Assembly (NCBI GenBank): GCA_951406725.2
Contig: OX597819.1
Location: forward strand, 128,898,001-128,962,000
DNA length: 64,000 nucleotides
Direction: 5' to 3'
Source: Octopus vulgaris
Lineage: Eukaryota
Shown here: positions 1 through 12,355 of the stretch, piece by piece
Layout of the letters: every line of letters begins with the position of its first letter
How positions within the stretch are numbered: position 1 is the stretch's first letter
Notes under the pieces: model-generated
The model's input: the letters and a program-made list of their open reading frames with translations, nothing else
What the model was told of the DNA's origin: nothing
Database searches by the model: none
Translations under genes and position numbers: made by a program

Positions 1-111
1 ACTATATAATATATATGATATACATGCATACAGATACGTATAAAAGTGATATATATATATATAGATAGATAGATATATATTAATAAAAGGGAATCACCCC
101 CCCCCCCCCCC

Positions 112-148
<37 letters not shown>

Positions 149-348
149 AGGGCAAGCAACAGGTTGCTTAGCCACACACCGAAAAATTAGAAATAGCAGT
201 CAAAGACCGCTTATTTCTATTTTCTACAAATATAACTCCACATACAACATATACATACAATGGTTATATTTCCATACCGAAATCTACCCGGAAATAATTG
301 TTGGTTTTTTAAAATTAATAATTATTTACCCTTATATTATTAATAATG

Positions 349-349
<1 letters not shown>

Positions 350-416
<67 letters not shown>
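350..416. repeat. (TA)n microsatellite (further runs at 964, 23411, 31368, 44021 and others)
   Basis: Direct reading. Confidence 0.95.
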
Positions 417-419
<3 letters not shown>

Positions 420-828
420 CACATGTGTATATGTATTACGGTATAGACCAGGCTATTGAATGTTATTATACACTGCTGGTTACAATGCGCTCTGGCATTG
501 TTTTAACTTTCGAATGATTCCACCCCGCTGGTGCCACTCTTTCTTCGAGTGCTAAACTGTTATCTTATCAAATCTTTCGCGTTCTGATTTTATTCTTAAG
601 ACCCTTTGTTAAGGAAACGTTCTGACAAATTAAGGCTATCTAAACACATTCTTCCGTTTTCTCTCGCCCAGTATCTGAGGCTCCACAAAATGTAACGTGT
701 GCTACTATCCTTCAGCTTCAAGTCTTAGCAACACATTCTCACATACAGACAGACGCGCGTGCGCACATACACACACACACACACATGCACTATGTGTTTG
801 TGTGTGTGTGTGCCTGCGCGAGTGTGTG

Positions 829-961
829 TAGGTGCAAGCTTGGCTATGTCGTAACGACATACCTCAAAGTTCAGTCCCACTGCAAAGCTCCTTGGGCAAC
901 TGTCTTCTACTATAGGCTCGGGCCTTGTGAGTGGATTTGGTACTTGAAAAACAGAAAGAAG

Positions 962-965
<4 letters not shown>
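829..965 (+). mobile_element. SINE family B, degraded 5' fragment
   Basis: gttcagtcccactgc...cttgggcaac...gtgagtggatttgg matches the copies at 21293 and 44239. Confidence 0.6.
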
Positions 966-1009
<44 letters not shown>

Positions 1010-1358
1010 ATGCTTGACCACTAAATCCACAAGTTTGTTTTTCATTCTCTCTCTCTGTTTATTTTCTCTTATTCATTTCAGTTGAACAGCATAGGCCCGA
1101 AACGTAAAGGACTTTTCAATTTTCTCAAGCGTCAAACTAATACACCTGCTTGTTGTTCATACACCTACCGAAAGATTATGTCTGGGGTTCCTCACAGATG
1201 GCGTCACTGAACAAACATAAAATTTTCTCACCTATTTACCATAAGAAAGATAACTGCAGTGATTTAGCCTTTTGGCAGTTGAAATATGTCACAAACCTTT
1301 TAACTCATCTAAATTTTTCACATGTGCGCGCGCGCGTGTGTATATATAGCTAGCTAGC

Positions 1359-1427
<69 letters not shown>

Positions 1428-1998
1428 GGAGAGAGAGAGAGAGAGAGGAGAGAGATTGAGACAGAAAGAGAGAAGGAGAGAAATTGGTGTAATATAGATA
1501 ACACACCGGTGTGCTCAAATGGACGTGAAGTTAAACTCCAACTTCTCCAGGGCCAGCACCTCGGCAAAGATGGTGACTATTACAGCAATCCTTATTGAGA
1601 TATTTTCCTCTGCTTCTTCTGAACCCCTGATCCCCTCTCTTTCCTTAAATATATATACAAATTATTGAGGAAGCGGTCGTATTGTTTCTAATGTGTTTGA
1701 TTTTGAGTTAGATTCAGATTTTCTGCAGTATATCATCTGATACTGAGAGATGGCCTTCAATGCTGCGGGTTTGTCTCAGCTCACAATAGTCACATACAGT
1801 TTCTAAAGAGAAATATAAAGGAATAGTTTACCAAAGTTACTCCAAGCACATTTAAATTCAGCTCAACACTTTTAAAATATAAACAATCATTATTTCTCTA
1901 TTTCTGCAACGATTTAAGTTCGCGCAGATCCAGTCATATGAAAATAGTATCACCATTTTCCTATTATAACAGCTTGTTAAGAGTTAAATGCCTTGGTA

Positions 1999-2065
<67 letters not shown>

Positions 2066-2444
2066 GATGATGAGATAACAAACCGCTGATTTCTAAAGTT
2101 ACTTGTCGAATAGATTCTAACTGCATGCATACCTACCTAACCACATACATACACTCACCGCGTATGCAAGTATTCGGGTAGTAAGTATTCAGGTATTAAT
2201 GAAAGGTTTAAAATCGACCGACCATTGCTTTCGAACGAAAATCTTTGTTACATTTGTTCTGCCCAAGTTACACGGACAATCCCTAGCAACGAACTGTCTA
2301 ATAGTTTCTATCGATTTTACCTCTGTTTCTGTTCATCCAGTGTCTACGTAACCGGGGTAGTGCTGAGATCACATGAAAATATACCAGTAAACGTATAACT
2401 CAACTCTTATATATATAACAGCTCATTATTTTCGTTATTTTCAG

Positions 2445-2574
2445 GAACCTGTGTTGACGGCTGGGAGCAACACCAAGACAGCTGCTACCAATTTAGTTTC
2501 TTGTATCGTCTGACTTACTCGAAAGCGAAAGAATACTGTGAAGCTCAAAACGCTTATTTGGCGGATATCAACAG
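2445..2574 (+). CDS. Lectin exon 1 (CTLD1 N-part)
   Basis: ttttcag|GA...AACAG|gtttgt; TCVDGWEQHQDSCYQFSFLYRLTYSKAKEYCEAQNAYLADIN; phase 1 to 2. Confidence 0.9.
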
Positions 2575-2754
2575 GTTTGTTGAAAGCATGCAACTTAATG
2601 AGAGAAAAAACAATACAAATAAACTACTGCACTATATTCTGCTGTAGTGTATCGCACCGTCGTTAGTTCTAACGATATCACTTAAATGCACGACAAGTAA
2701 TAACATTTGAAAAACTGCTACACATATAACTAATTTAAATCTCACCCAGACTGA

Positions 2755-3154
2755 TCTTTATATATAAAAGTGAGGTTGTGTGCTGTCTGTCTCCTACGAT
2801 TTAGATTCCTAACTACTCCCACATTTTGCGGTGCAGTTTAACCAAAACCGGGTATCTTATAGTCGTGATTCATATCGAGCCCTTCTGGGTATTAGCGCGC
2901 GTCTACAATGAGTCTACGATTTTAAAAAATATTTACCATCATTTTTTTCCATTTTAATGCATTTTTTCGCTATTATATAAGGGAAGTAACTCTCTAAAAA
3001 TGTCTACGATGAGTCAACGATTTAAAAAAAATTTACCATAATTTTTTTTCCATTTTTAATGCATTTTTTTGCTATTTTTTGGCTATAACTCTCTAAAAAT
3101 GCTTACATAGTTATTTCCCTTACAAACCCGAGCAACGCCAGGCGATACTGCTAG
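2755..3154 (+). mobile_element. Non-autonomous Helitron
   Basis: a|TC start, CCCGAGCAACGCCAGG subterminal hairpin-like motif, CTAG|t end, no TSD; second copy at 45145-45492. Confidence 0.8.
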
Positions 3155-3394
3155 TTATTAATAAATTACTTTCGAGCTGAATGTTGAACATTGTTTGCTA
3201 AAAAGGTTAGCTCTTCGTGAGTCGAATCATTGAAATGGTTTGTATCCAGTTTAGAGACCATTTCCCTTTGTGGCTTCAAATTTTAATGAAGTAACTGCAT
3301 TCTTTTATACTATGTAATATGTGATACAAGGGCAACTGTGGGATGAGGATGTGACTCAGTTTCCATTTACAATTGAAAGATTCAACATAATTAA

Positions 3395-3775
3395 AAGGCG
3401 GATGTATGGCTGTGTGATTAAGACATTTGCTTTGCAATGGTATGGTTTCCGGTTGAATCCCACTGCGTGGTACCTTGGGCAAGTTTCTTCTACTACAGAC
3501 CCAAGCTGACCAAAACTTTGTGTGCGAATTTGGTAAACGGAAAGTGAGTCGTACATATATTGTATGATGCGTGTCCTCTTGTTTATATTTGTCCCCATCA
3601 CCGCTTGACAGCCGGTGTTGGTAAGTTTATATCCCCGTGAATTAGCAATTCGGCAAATAAGACCGATAGAATGAGTACCAGACTTTAAAAATTGTACTGG
3701 GTGTCGATTTGTTCGGCAACAGCCTTCAAGATGGTGCCCCTGCATGACCAAAGTTCGATGACTGAAATAAGCAGA
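3395..3775 (+). mobile_element. SINE family B, diverged copy
   Basis: tRNA-like head, accttgggcaagt motif and tail gatgactgaaataag. Confidence 0.7.
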
Positions 3776-4082
3776 AGAAAGATAAATGAAGGGGAAAAGA
3801 CAATCATGAAAAAGAAAAAAATCACAATGACTACAAAGGTAAATTTGAGACTAATAGTTCGGTTCCCATGGGTTCCCGCCCCATTACATACAGCGATTAA
3901 GTTATATTCCTGGGATCCGGTACCTAATTTTCTGCCTCTGCTAGTTTTACTCCAGTCGGCAAAAAAGGTCAAGAAGTTGCAAGTGAACAAAGAACTGCTC
4001 CAATGCTTTAAGATGAAAATGCAAACTTAATAAGTAGATCTTTAGGTCTTCTTTACCTTGTAGTAGTGTTGATGCTGTTGTT

Positions 4083-4480
4083 ATTGTTGCTGTTGAGCGA
4101 AGTGGTCTTCGTCCCAGAGTTCGCAAGATCGCGCCTCTGTAGTGGGAGAAGTCCGACACGTGGTCCTTTGCTATTCGTAAGACCCACAGAAGAGAAAGCA
4201 GGTCAACCCCCGACACCGAGAGCATCGACGGATGGATGAATGCGCATCCAGGCTCAACGGTTGCATAGGAAGTCGGGGACAAGAAACAGGAAGAAAGAGT
4301 GAGAGAAAGTTGTAGCGAAAGAGTACAAAAGGGGTCGCCGCCACCACCCCCTACCGGAGCCTCGTGGAGCTTTAGATGTTTTCGCTCAATAAACACACAC
4401 AACGCCCGGTCTGGGAATCGAAACCGCGATCCACCGACCGCGAGTCCGCTGCCCTAGCCATTTGGCCATTGCGCCTCCAC
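4083..4480 (-). mobile_element. tRNA-derived SINE family C, full length
   Basis: Head GTGGAGGCGCAATGGCC..TGG..GGTTTCGATTCCC (Pol III A/B boxes); TSD ttgatgctgttgtt at 4069-4082 and 4481-4494. Confidence 0.85.
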
Positions 4481-4530
4481 TTGATGCTGTTGTTGTTGTT
4501 GTTTAGCCTCTGTCAGTCCTGATCAAAATC

Positions 4531-4720
4531 TTTTCTACACTAGGCACAAGGCCCGAAATTTGTGGGGAGGGGGCCAATCAATTAGATCTACCCCAGTACG
4601 CAATTGATACTTAATTTAACGCCCCTCGGCAGAATTTGAACTCAGAACATAAAGACAGACGAAATATCGCTAAGCATTTCGCTCGGTGTGCTAACGTTTC
4701 TGCCAGCTCGCCACCGCCTT
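4531..4720 (-). mobile_element. SINE family A with short tail
   Basis: GGCGAGCTGGCAGAAACGTTAGCAC..GAGTTCAAATTC head; 16-bp TSD agtcctgatcaaaatc at 4515-4530 and 4721-4736. Confidence 0.85.
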
Positions 4721-5010
4721 AGTCCTGATCAAAATCGTTTAAGCTCCAGGTCATACCGTATCTTTTTCAGGCTAGTGTATATACCATTTGTCAGATAAAA
4801 CTACTTGTTCAAGGTCGACCTGGGGTTAAATAACAACATCAGCAAAAGTTGTGGCTTTGTATTAGTTTAAGATATTATTTAGATGAGTATTGGTACATTG
4901 AATAACGTCCATAAAAGAAATGTTTTATGAGTTGACGTCGGCCTTTTGGAGAAAGAAAACAAAAACCTATCGATAGTTATACCGGCTAAGAAGGCTTTTA
5001 ATTTTTTATA

Positions 5011-5427
5011 TCTCTCTTTTTCTCTTTTTTACTTGTTTCAGTCATTTGACTGTAGCCATGCTGGAGCACCGCCTTTAATCGAGCAACTCCACCCCGGGAC
5101 TTATTCTTTGTAAGCCCAGTACTTATTCTATCGGTCTCTTTTGCCGAACCGCTAAGTGACGGGGACATAAACACACCAGCATCGGTTGTCAAGCAATGCT
5201 AGGGGAACAAACACAGACACACAATCACACACACACACACATATATATATATATACATATATACCGCAGGCTTCTTTCAGTTTCCGTCTACCAAATCCAC
5301 TCACAAGGCTTTGGTCGGCCCGAAGCTATAGTAGAAGACACTTGCCCAAGGTGCCACGCAGTGGGACTGAACCCAGAACCATGTAGTTCGTAAGCAAGCT
5401 ACTTACCACACAGCCACTCCTGCGCCT
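5011..5427 (-). mobile_element. SINE family B (tRNA head, CORE-like accttgggcaagt motif, internal TA/TG microsatellite)
   Basis: Reverse-complement match to 21293-21700 and 44239-44625. Confidence 0.85.
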
Positions 5428-5771
5428 ATACTTGTAAATAAAAAAAAATGTCAGTCAGCTGATCAAAGCAAGCTTGAGCAAATAATGCCACAATGCTTTG
5501 TTGGTAAGGTTTAATAAGACTGAAACATGTCTACAACTACCACTTTGCTTTCTTGAAAATTCAGGTCCAGTAAAGTCGTTTAATTTCTTGAATCTACTGG
5601 CCCCGTTTTGAGAATCACTGATTAATTACAGCTAGATTTGTTTTTTGTTTCTCTAAATTAATTACGATTTTTTTCTCCGTACATCATTCCATATGTCATC
5701 CTTTATCATGCCATTGGTGTATCTGAATTATTTCCCCTTAGCTCAGATTTTTTTAGGATCAGTGTCCTCAT

Positions 5772-5802
<31 letters not shown>

Positions 5803-5803
5803 T

Positions 5804-5846
<43 letters not shown>

Positions 5847-6033
5847 ACACTTTTCTTTATTGTTGTCATTTCTACATTTGAAAATGCTACTATCACTATC
5901 ACCGCCATTGCCAGCAAAATCACCACCACCACCACCACTACCACCACCACCATCCAAACGAAACAAAAACAATCCCATCACCATCACTACCATCACCACC
6001 CTTTTAGTATTAAAATGCACTTTACCTTCACAG

Positions 6034-6116
6034 TGCACGTGACCAGGATTTTATCAACGATAAACTAAAAGAATTATCCGATGCTGGCATTGAACGATTC
6101 TGGATTGGTTTAACAG
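6034..6116 (+). CDS. Lectin exon 2 (CTLD1, WIGL)
   Basis: ttcacag|T...ACAG|gttagt; ARDQDFINDKLKELSDAGIERFWIGLT; phase 2 to 1. Confidence 0.9.
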
Positions 6117-6274
6117 GTTAGTAATGCAACCTTTTATAATAAATCTCACCACGAATAAACAAATATATTTATTGCATTCAAGGAGACTTGAGGTGGTCTC
6201 CGCTGGCAACACTCAATTCAGTAAAAGCAAGTGGGGATGGTGGGGGGAGAAAAATGGTATATTAGTCTATGTAT

Positions 6275-6735
6275 AAGGCGGCGAGCTGGCAGAAACGTTA
6301 GCACGCAGGGCGAAATGCGTAGCCGTATTTCGTCTGCCGTTACGTTCTGAGTTCAAATTCCACCGAGGTCGACTTTGCCTTTCATCCTTTCGGGATCGAT
6401 TAAATAAGTACCAGTTAGGCAGTGGGGGTCGATATAATCGACTTGTCTGTCCTTGGTTGTCCTCTCTGTGTTTAGCCCCTTGTGGGTAGTAAAGAAAAAA
6501 TATATATTTCGAACAGCAACACACACAGACATACCTATATAGGTTTCAAATTTTGGCAAAAGGCCAGCAAGTTCGGGTTTCATCGACCCCCATTGTACTT
6601 ATTTCATCGACTCCAAAAGGATGGAAGGCAAAGTCGACCTCTGCGAAATTTGAACTCAGAACGTAAAAACGGACGAAAAACTTCTAAGCATTTTGTCCGG
6701 CGTGGTAAGGATTCTGCTTGCTTGCTCGCCGCTTT
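6275..6735. mobile_element. Two family A SINEs in inverted (tail-to-tail) orientation
   Basis: + copy 6275-6500 and diverged - copy about 6580-6735. Confidence 0.75.
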
Positions 6736-6737
6736 TA

Positions 6738-6770
<33 letters not shown>

Positions 6771-6815
6771 CCATCCATCCATCCATCCATCCATCCATCC
6801 ATCCATCCATCCATC

Positions 6816-6872
<57 letters not shown>

Positions 6873-7067
6873 ACATTGATCTGAGAGGTTACTCTATACT
6901 TCTGTAAAGTACAAGTTTGTTCTTAAACACGAATAAATTTTTGACAGTGACTTCGAAGTTTCGGCCAGTTAATCCATCATAGCCGATAAAAAATGTTTGT
7001 TGGTTGGCTGGTTTATTGATTTCTCCATTCACGCTTTAAATCGTATAGAGAGAAGGGGGTAGAAAGT

Positions 7068-7160
<93 letters not shown>
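7068..7160. repeat. (GATA)n/(GA)n compound microsatellite (similar at 1361-1450; complementary form at 6740-6871)
   Basis: Direct reading. Confidence 0.95.
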
Positions 7161-7186
7161 TTATCGTAAGAGGAGTAGGATAACTG

Positions 7187-7718
7187 CATATACTTGCGAA
7201 GACCTGTTGGGGCAAGTGAAATCGAAATTGAACCGAAATCCTATGACTGTGGCATCCGGCTGTTGCCAGTGCCGCTGGACTGGCTCCTGTGCAGGTGGCA
7301 AGTAAAGAAACATCGTTTCGACCCTGTGCTTGAGGAGACTTATTGAGTCAAGTACATCAACATCAAAAATCAATGGAAATTGTAGTTGTGATACCTGTGC
7401 CGGTGGCACGTAAAAAGCACCAACCGAACGTGACCGATGCCAGCACCGCCTTGACTGGCCTCCGTGCCGGTGGCACGTAAAAGCGCCAACCGATCGTGGC
7501 CATTGCCAGCCTCCCCTGGCACCTGTGCCGGTGGCACGTAAAAAGCACCCACTACACTCATGGAATGGTTGGCGTTAGGAAGGGCATCCAGCTGTAGAAG
7601 CACTGCCAGATCAGACTGGAGCCTGGTGCAGCCTCCTGGCTTCCCAGACCCAGGTCGAAACGTCCAACCCATGCTAGCATGGAAAACGGACGTTAAATGA
7701 TGATGCTAATGATGATGA
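7187..7718 (+). mobile_element. Interspersed repeat family D (internal GTGCCGGTGGCACGTAAAAAGCACC units, (GAT)n tail)
   Basis: Conserved 3' end ggcgttaggaagggcatccagctgtagaa...catgctagcatggaaaacggacgttaaa(tga)n seen about 10 times in the window. Confidence 0.8.
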
Positions 7719-7836
7719 CTTGGCTTGATGGCAGGCAATGAGTAAGCAACGTTCCTCCCAAACTACCAACATATACGCAGTAAGAGAGGAAGAATCAGAA
7801 ACAGAGGAGGGGAGAAGGAGTAAATGACAAAGAAGC

Positions 7837-7896
<60 letters not shown>

Positions 7897-8571
7897 AGAA
7901 TGACAGTGCAGCTGTGCAGAACAATATCATAAAACGTAAAATATGTTTTAGAAATAAAAGTTATAAAACAAAGGAGAAGGAATGAAAGGGAGTAGGAGAA
8001 AAGAGGGAGTGTGTGTAGAGTAGAAGGTAATAAGTAGAGAAGAGAGAGAGAGAGAGAAAGTAGTGGGAGAAGGAGATATGTAGAGAGAGATAAAAGAGGT
8101 AGAAGTTGATAGGCAGAAGGGAGAGAGAGAGAGAGAGAGAGAGAGAGCTAGGAGAAACATAATAAGTAGAAAGAGATAAAGAAAGAGAGGGTGACTGGCA
8201 GTCGATTATAAATGTATTATGGAAGAATGTAAGCTTATACCTGGAAAGTTATTTGAAAAACAATGAAAATAATGTAATAAAGATGAGAAACATCAAGTGA
8301 AAAGGTATCTCAAGTGTAAGAAGTGTAAAACAATGTTTTATATTCATCTTTATAAATAAGTTCGACTAAATGTAAATAAAAATACGTTTCAGAAATATTA
8401 AATTTCTAAATCTCTCATAGAGATATGTACGGTGGTGGGGCGATAGAATGGTTGTATACTGTCAATCTAACGTGAACGTGACAGTAGGGGGTTACACCAC
8501 CGCTGTTTAGCCCTAGGAAGCATCGACGCCTCCTGATGGCTTTGACACATTTTTTCTGTGTCCTTATATAT

Positions 8572-9889
8572 ATTTACGAAGGGGAGACAAACACCCCCAG
8601 CAGCCAGGCGGGTCGAGGAAATACGTTTGTATAAGTTAAAGGGAGAATAAATATAGAGACATTTAGAATTTATTCATCGAGATAACTATTAGAATCTTCA
8701 TATTTCTGCCAGCAGCAAACAAGTTTCTTTATTGCAGTTGCTATGAATGGTTCAGTCTAAGGACAGTTGGCAGTGACCTACTTTTGGAATAAACCCCATT
8801 GTCCTGTCAGATTCAGGTGGATTGATCGGTTCTGGGTAAATCTGCGACCCCTTTCGGGTGAATTAGAGGTCGTTCTAAACACCCCTTGAGGAAGAGGAGG
8901 AGGAAAGAAGTGAGAAAGATAGAGTAGGGAATCTGAGAGCAGATAGAGATGATATTAGCAGTGAGAGAATGAGGGGCAGAGGAGGACAGGCAGAGAGTAT
9001 GGCAGAGCTAAGGGAGAGAGTGAAGGCTAAGAGACAGATTGAGGATAGAGATAAGCAGTTAGGGCTGAGAGCAGATAGAGAGGGTATAAGCAGTAGAGAC
9101 AGATTGAGGGGTAGTGATAGAGGGACAGTTTGGGATTCGGTCGTCAAAGAGGACAGACGGATTTTTGGAAGTCAGGGCAAGTTGGGATGCGAGAGCTTGG
9201 CAGGCTGGAGCTGGCGGCACAAGAGGGGATATATACAGAGGAATAGGTGGTACGGAGAGAGATGAGGTGCAATATGGGACACTGGCGATTCAATTAGGAA
9301 TTAAGGTATTTGATTATGTTTTGATACGTGTCACGATGTAAAGAGACAGTGAAAAGAAATGAGACAGTGAAATGAACAATGTGAATTGAGTAGAGGACTT
9401 ATCGATGTGTCGATTATCGAGTTGTGGTATTTATGTTCAGAATTGTGTTGATACATGTTACAAAAGAAAATCGAAATGAGATTGTAAAGACTTTAAAGAA
9501 CTGTGACGTTATCTGTGATGTGTTTTGAAATAGAACTGTGTTTTCGGACGTGTACCTTTGAAATGCTGATGTATTGACCTTGTTGTGTCTCTGGACTGTT
9601 ATATTGTATCTGCATGTTGTTAAATGCTTTGATCTGTTGTGGAGATGTATTGAGTTGTCACGTGCATGTTTCCTTTAAATGTATTTGATGTGTAACAATT
9701 GATTGTCATAAACTAGTGTTAAATGTAAGCCAGTTGTTGCCTTGCCGTTTGTGTATCTCTCGGTTGCCCCTCGGTATCTCTGTGCTGCTGCGGTTGTTGT
9801 TGCTGTTGTATCTCTCCTCTCTCCTCTTTGAGTTTCCGTGGCGAACTTGCCCGTTCGGGCGAGCGGCGACGTCGAGTGATTCCGTAACA
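8572..9889 (-). mobile_element. Unclassified LTR-like repeat
   Basis: Minus strand starts TGTTACGG, GC-rich start, CT-rich tract and AATAAA near the end; no TSD verified and left boundary uncertain. Confidence 0.3.
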
Positions 9890-9904
9890 CAGTAATATAG
9901 AAAT

Positions 9905-10826
9905 CTAGCTGCTTTGTTATTGAAGACCTTCTTTTCAAGGAAGTTAACAAAATGCTTGAAAAACTGGTCGTAGGTTTGCGAGAGATTTAGGGAGTAAGCT
10001 GGGTGAGGTAGCATTTCGTAGCTCGTTTCGTTAAATTTTTGCAGTCTTTTACAAGGCATGTGGTCGAGTGTTGCCAGGTAGAAGAAACAATATTTTTCAG
10101 TTGACCATTGCTGGATGTAAACATTGTAGTTGTGATGCATTTTGTCGATTTCCTGCTAATGCTTTCATGCTATGGTGGGTTCACCGAGATTCAAATCATA
10201 GTCATGGAGGATTTCATTTCCCTACTGCCAAATTCGGACTATAAGGTTCTTTTGTTGCGGCTTCGGTTTGGAAAGTTTTTACGCTTTACATTACAATCCA
10301 ACCACGGACGTAGAATGCCGTCAGTTGTCAAAATCCATTTCGTCGCATGTTACACAATAATAAAAACAGGGTGATTTTTGTTGCAACAGAAGCGTAGAGC
10401 TTCATTTCATGCACTACACGGTTATCAAACCTTTTTAAACATACCAATTTGCTATAAATGTCGAACAAATGTTATATGGTCAACGTTTAATTTTTCTGCA
10501 ACCTCTCGAGTTGTTTTGCATGGGTCCGCTTCAATAATGGCCCTTAATTAGTTGTTGTCAATCGTATAAGATCGTACACGACCGACTTTATCTTCAAAGC
10601 TCTCGTCTCTATTACAGTTTTTTAAACCAGGTTAAGCTGTACGTTTGTTGTCTCTTGAACGCTTCACTGATAAGGGGAGCAGGTTCTTCTGCTTTATGTT
10701 TCATTTTGCACTCAATAAAATCGTTCGGATTTGTTTTTTCCATCTTTAAATTGACGACCTAAAATCAATACGAATAAGCAGTAAAAGCAAATCTGCAATA
10801 ATAAATCAATAAAACGAAATCTGCCC
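9905..10826 (-). pseudogene. Decayed mariner (Tc1/mariner) transposase
   Basis: YEMLPHPAYSLNLSQTYDQFFKHFVNFLEKKVF matches the mariner HPPYSPDLAPSD motif region; CDE-W and N-terminal remnants; multiple frameshifts. Confidence 0.8.
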
Positions 10827-10830
10827 TTAA

Positions 10831-11885
10831 CCCTTGGTCTACCAGAGAACATGTATGTCACTAATTACCAACTTGGCCCAATGGACCCAATATTTTTCTT
10901 TTAATTAAATTTTATTCAAACCACCACTATTTTTTAGCTACATTATAGATGCCATCAGGTGAATGAAGAATTACTGTTTCTCACAAATTTTGATAAATAA
11001 ATACAGCTTACAGAATATATTATAAATTTTAAAAATTACACGAATATAGAATTACCGTTCTTCATGGCAGTGAATGCAGACAACATTGGAATATTCTTGG
11101 CAAACATGGATATTACAATTCTTACATGTAGTACGTGTTTTCCTGTCTTTTTTGGGGGCCACACAAAGAACATCTTCCCTTTTTCTTTGGCTGAGGAATC
11201 TCAAATGAGATTGAAGATCGTCTTTTCTTATTTGGTTGAGAAATGTAAGCGGAACTAGAAGATTGTTTGTCAGATCCTAGTTTAGCATTAACTCCAGCAA
11301 GTTCCTTTCCTAACTGAATTAAGCACTGTCTTCTCTTATCTTCGAAGCTTTACAAGTGAAGCTATTTAGCAACATTGAAAGCATTCACTGCACTTATATC
11401 AATCATGTCGTAGAATATAACCATAGACCATCTTCGAGCCATTCTTTTGCAAGCGCATGACCTTACCATCTTATCTGGGGTATCTACTCCTCCTTTTGTT
11501 TTGTTGCAACATGTAATAACTTCAGGTTTATTTTCAGCACTTTTTGAATCAATTGAAGGCTGAGAGTGAATTGTACTCATAAATATGACAACATAATTTT
11601 TCTTGGGACAATAAGATAGGATCATAGAACCCTTTTGAAATTTAAATATTGTGCTGCTGCTGATTTCTCTTTCTTTTCCATTTGTGAAAGCACTTGGAAG
11701 TTCCACTCTGTTCTTTTTAACTGTTCCAACTAAAGGAGTTTTCTTGTTCTCAAGCCAATCCTAGACTTGGAAAAATATTTATCACAAGTTATATTGCGAC
11801 CAGTATTTTCTTTTGCTAGGTCTTCAACAACTCTTGAATTTTGATTTGACGCTGTCCCTTTTACTGGATCTTTTCCAGTAAAAGG
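10831..11885 (-). pseudogene. Decayed, 5'-truncated piggyBac transposon
   Basis: GRNITCD, LVGTVKKNR, KPEVIT..NKTKGGVDT.DKM..RRW motifs; Cys-rich C-terminus (CKNCNIHVC..CIHC); TTAA-CCC terminus at 10827-10833. Confidence 0.85.
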
Positions 11886-12238
11886 GACAGAGACAAATCA
11901 AAATTCATCCTGTGTAAAGAAAAAGAGAATATATCATGCAATCCATAAACTTGGTGAAAAATCCCCATACGGTAGTGTTAAAGAAATTCTTCAAATCTGA
12001 ATACATGCAAAAATATTGATCGTTCAAGTAAAGTCCTTCTTAGGAATGAACTTCACTCAAGATACCGAAATGTCAATATTTTCGCATCCCACAGCATAAA
12101 AATGTAGCGAATTTTGCATCACTAAATGATTTTTTTCCAACACAGACTACAACTAGTTTCCCTGAACTGTTTGTTTTTCTTCTTTTGCTCATTTTTTTTG
12201 TCGTTTTCTTTTTTGATATTGTTATTTTTACTGTGCAG

Positions 12239-12355
12239 TTGATATGGAGGGAAGACCAGAATGGGATAATGGTGAGAACGTAACTTTTACCAATTGGCCC
12301 TTAAATGGAAAACCAAGAAAAACGCATAATGCGCGATGTGTTCACATCAAAACAA
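12239..12355 (+). CDS. Lectin exon 3 (CTLD1 long loop)
   Basis: Long pyrimidine tract, gtgcag|TT...ACAA|gtaagt; DMEGRPEWDNGENVTFTNWPLNGKPRKTHNARCVHIKT; phase 1 to 1. Confidence 0.88.

Noticed and set aside
1076-1165. Hammerhead-like ttgaaca-gcataggccc-GAAACGTA
   Set aside because: CUGANGA core not intact; only a possible decayed Penelope-type fragment.
1750-1806. Possible start exon MAFNAAGLSQLTIVTYSF
   Set aside because: Ends in a stop with no convincing phase-1 donor; cannot be linked to exon 1.
7395-7550. CRISPR array (25-bp palindromic repeats with 30-40 bp spacers)
   Set aside because: Eukaryotic intron with no cas genes; the spacers are homologous to each other and recur in dispersed copies of repeat family D.
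8421-8475. Candidate exon 3 after tctctcatag
   Set aside because: Stops in the required frame; the exon at 12239-12355 supplies the missing CTLD1 segment with correct phases.
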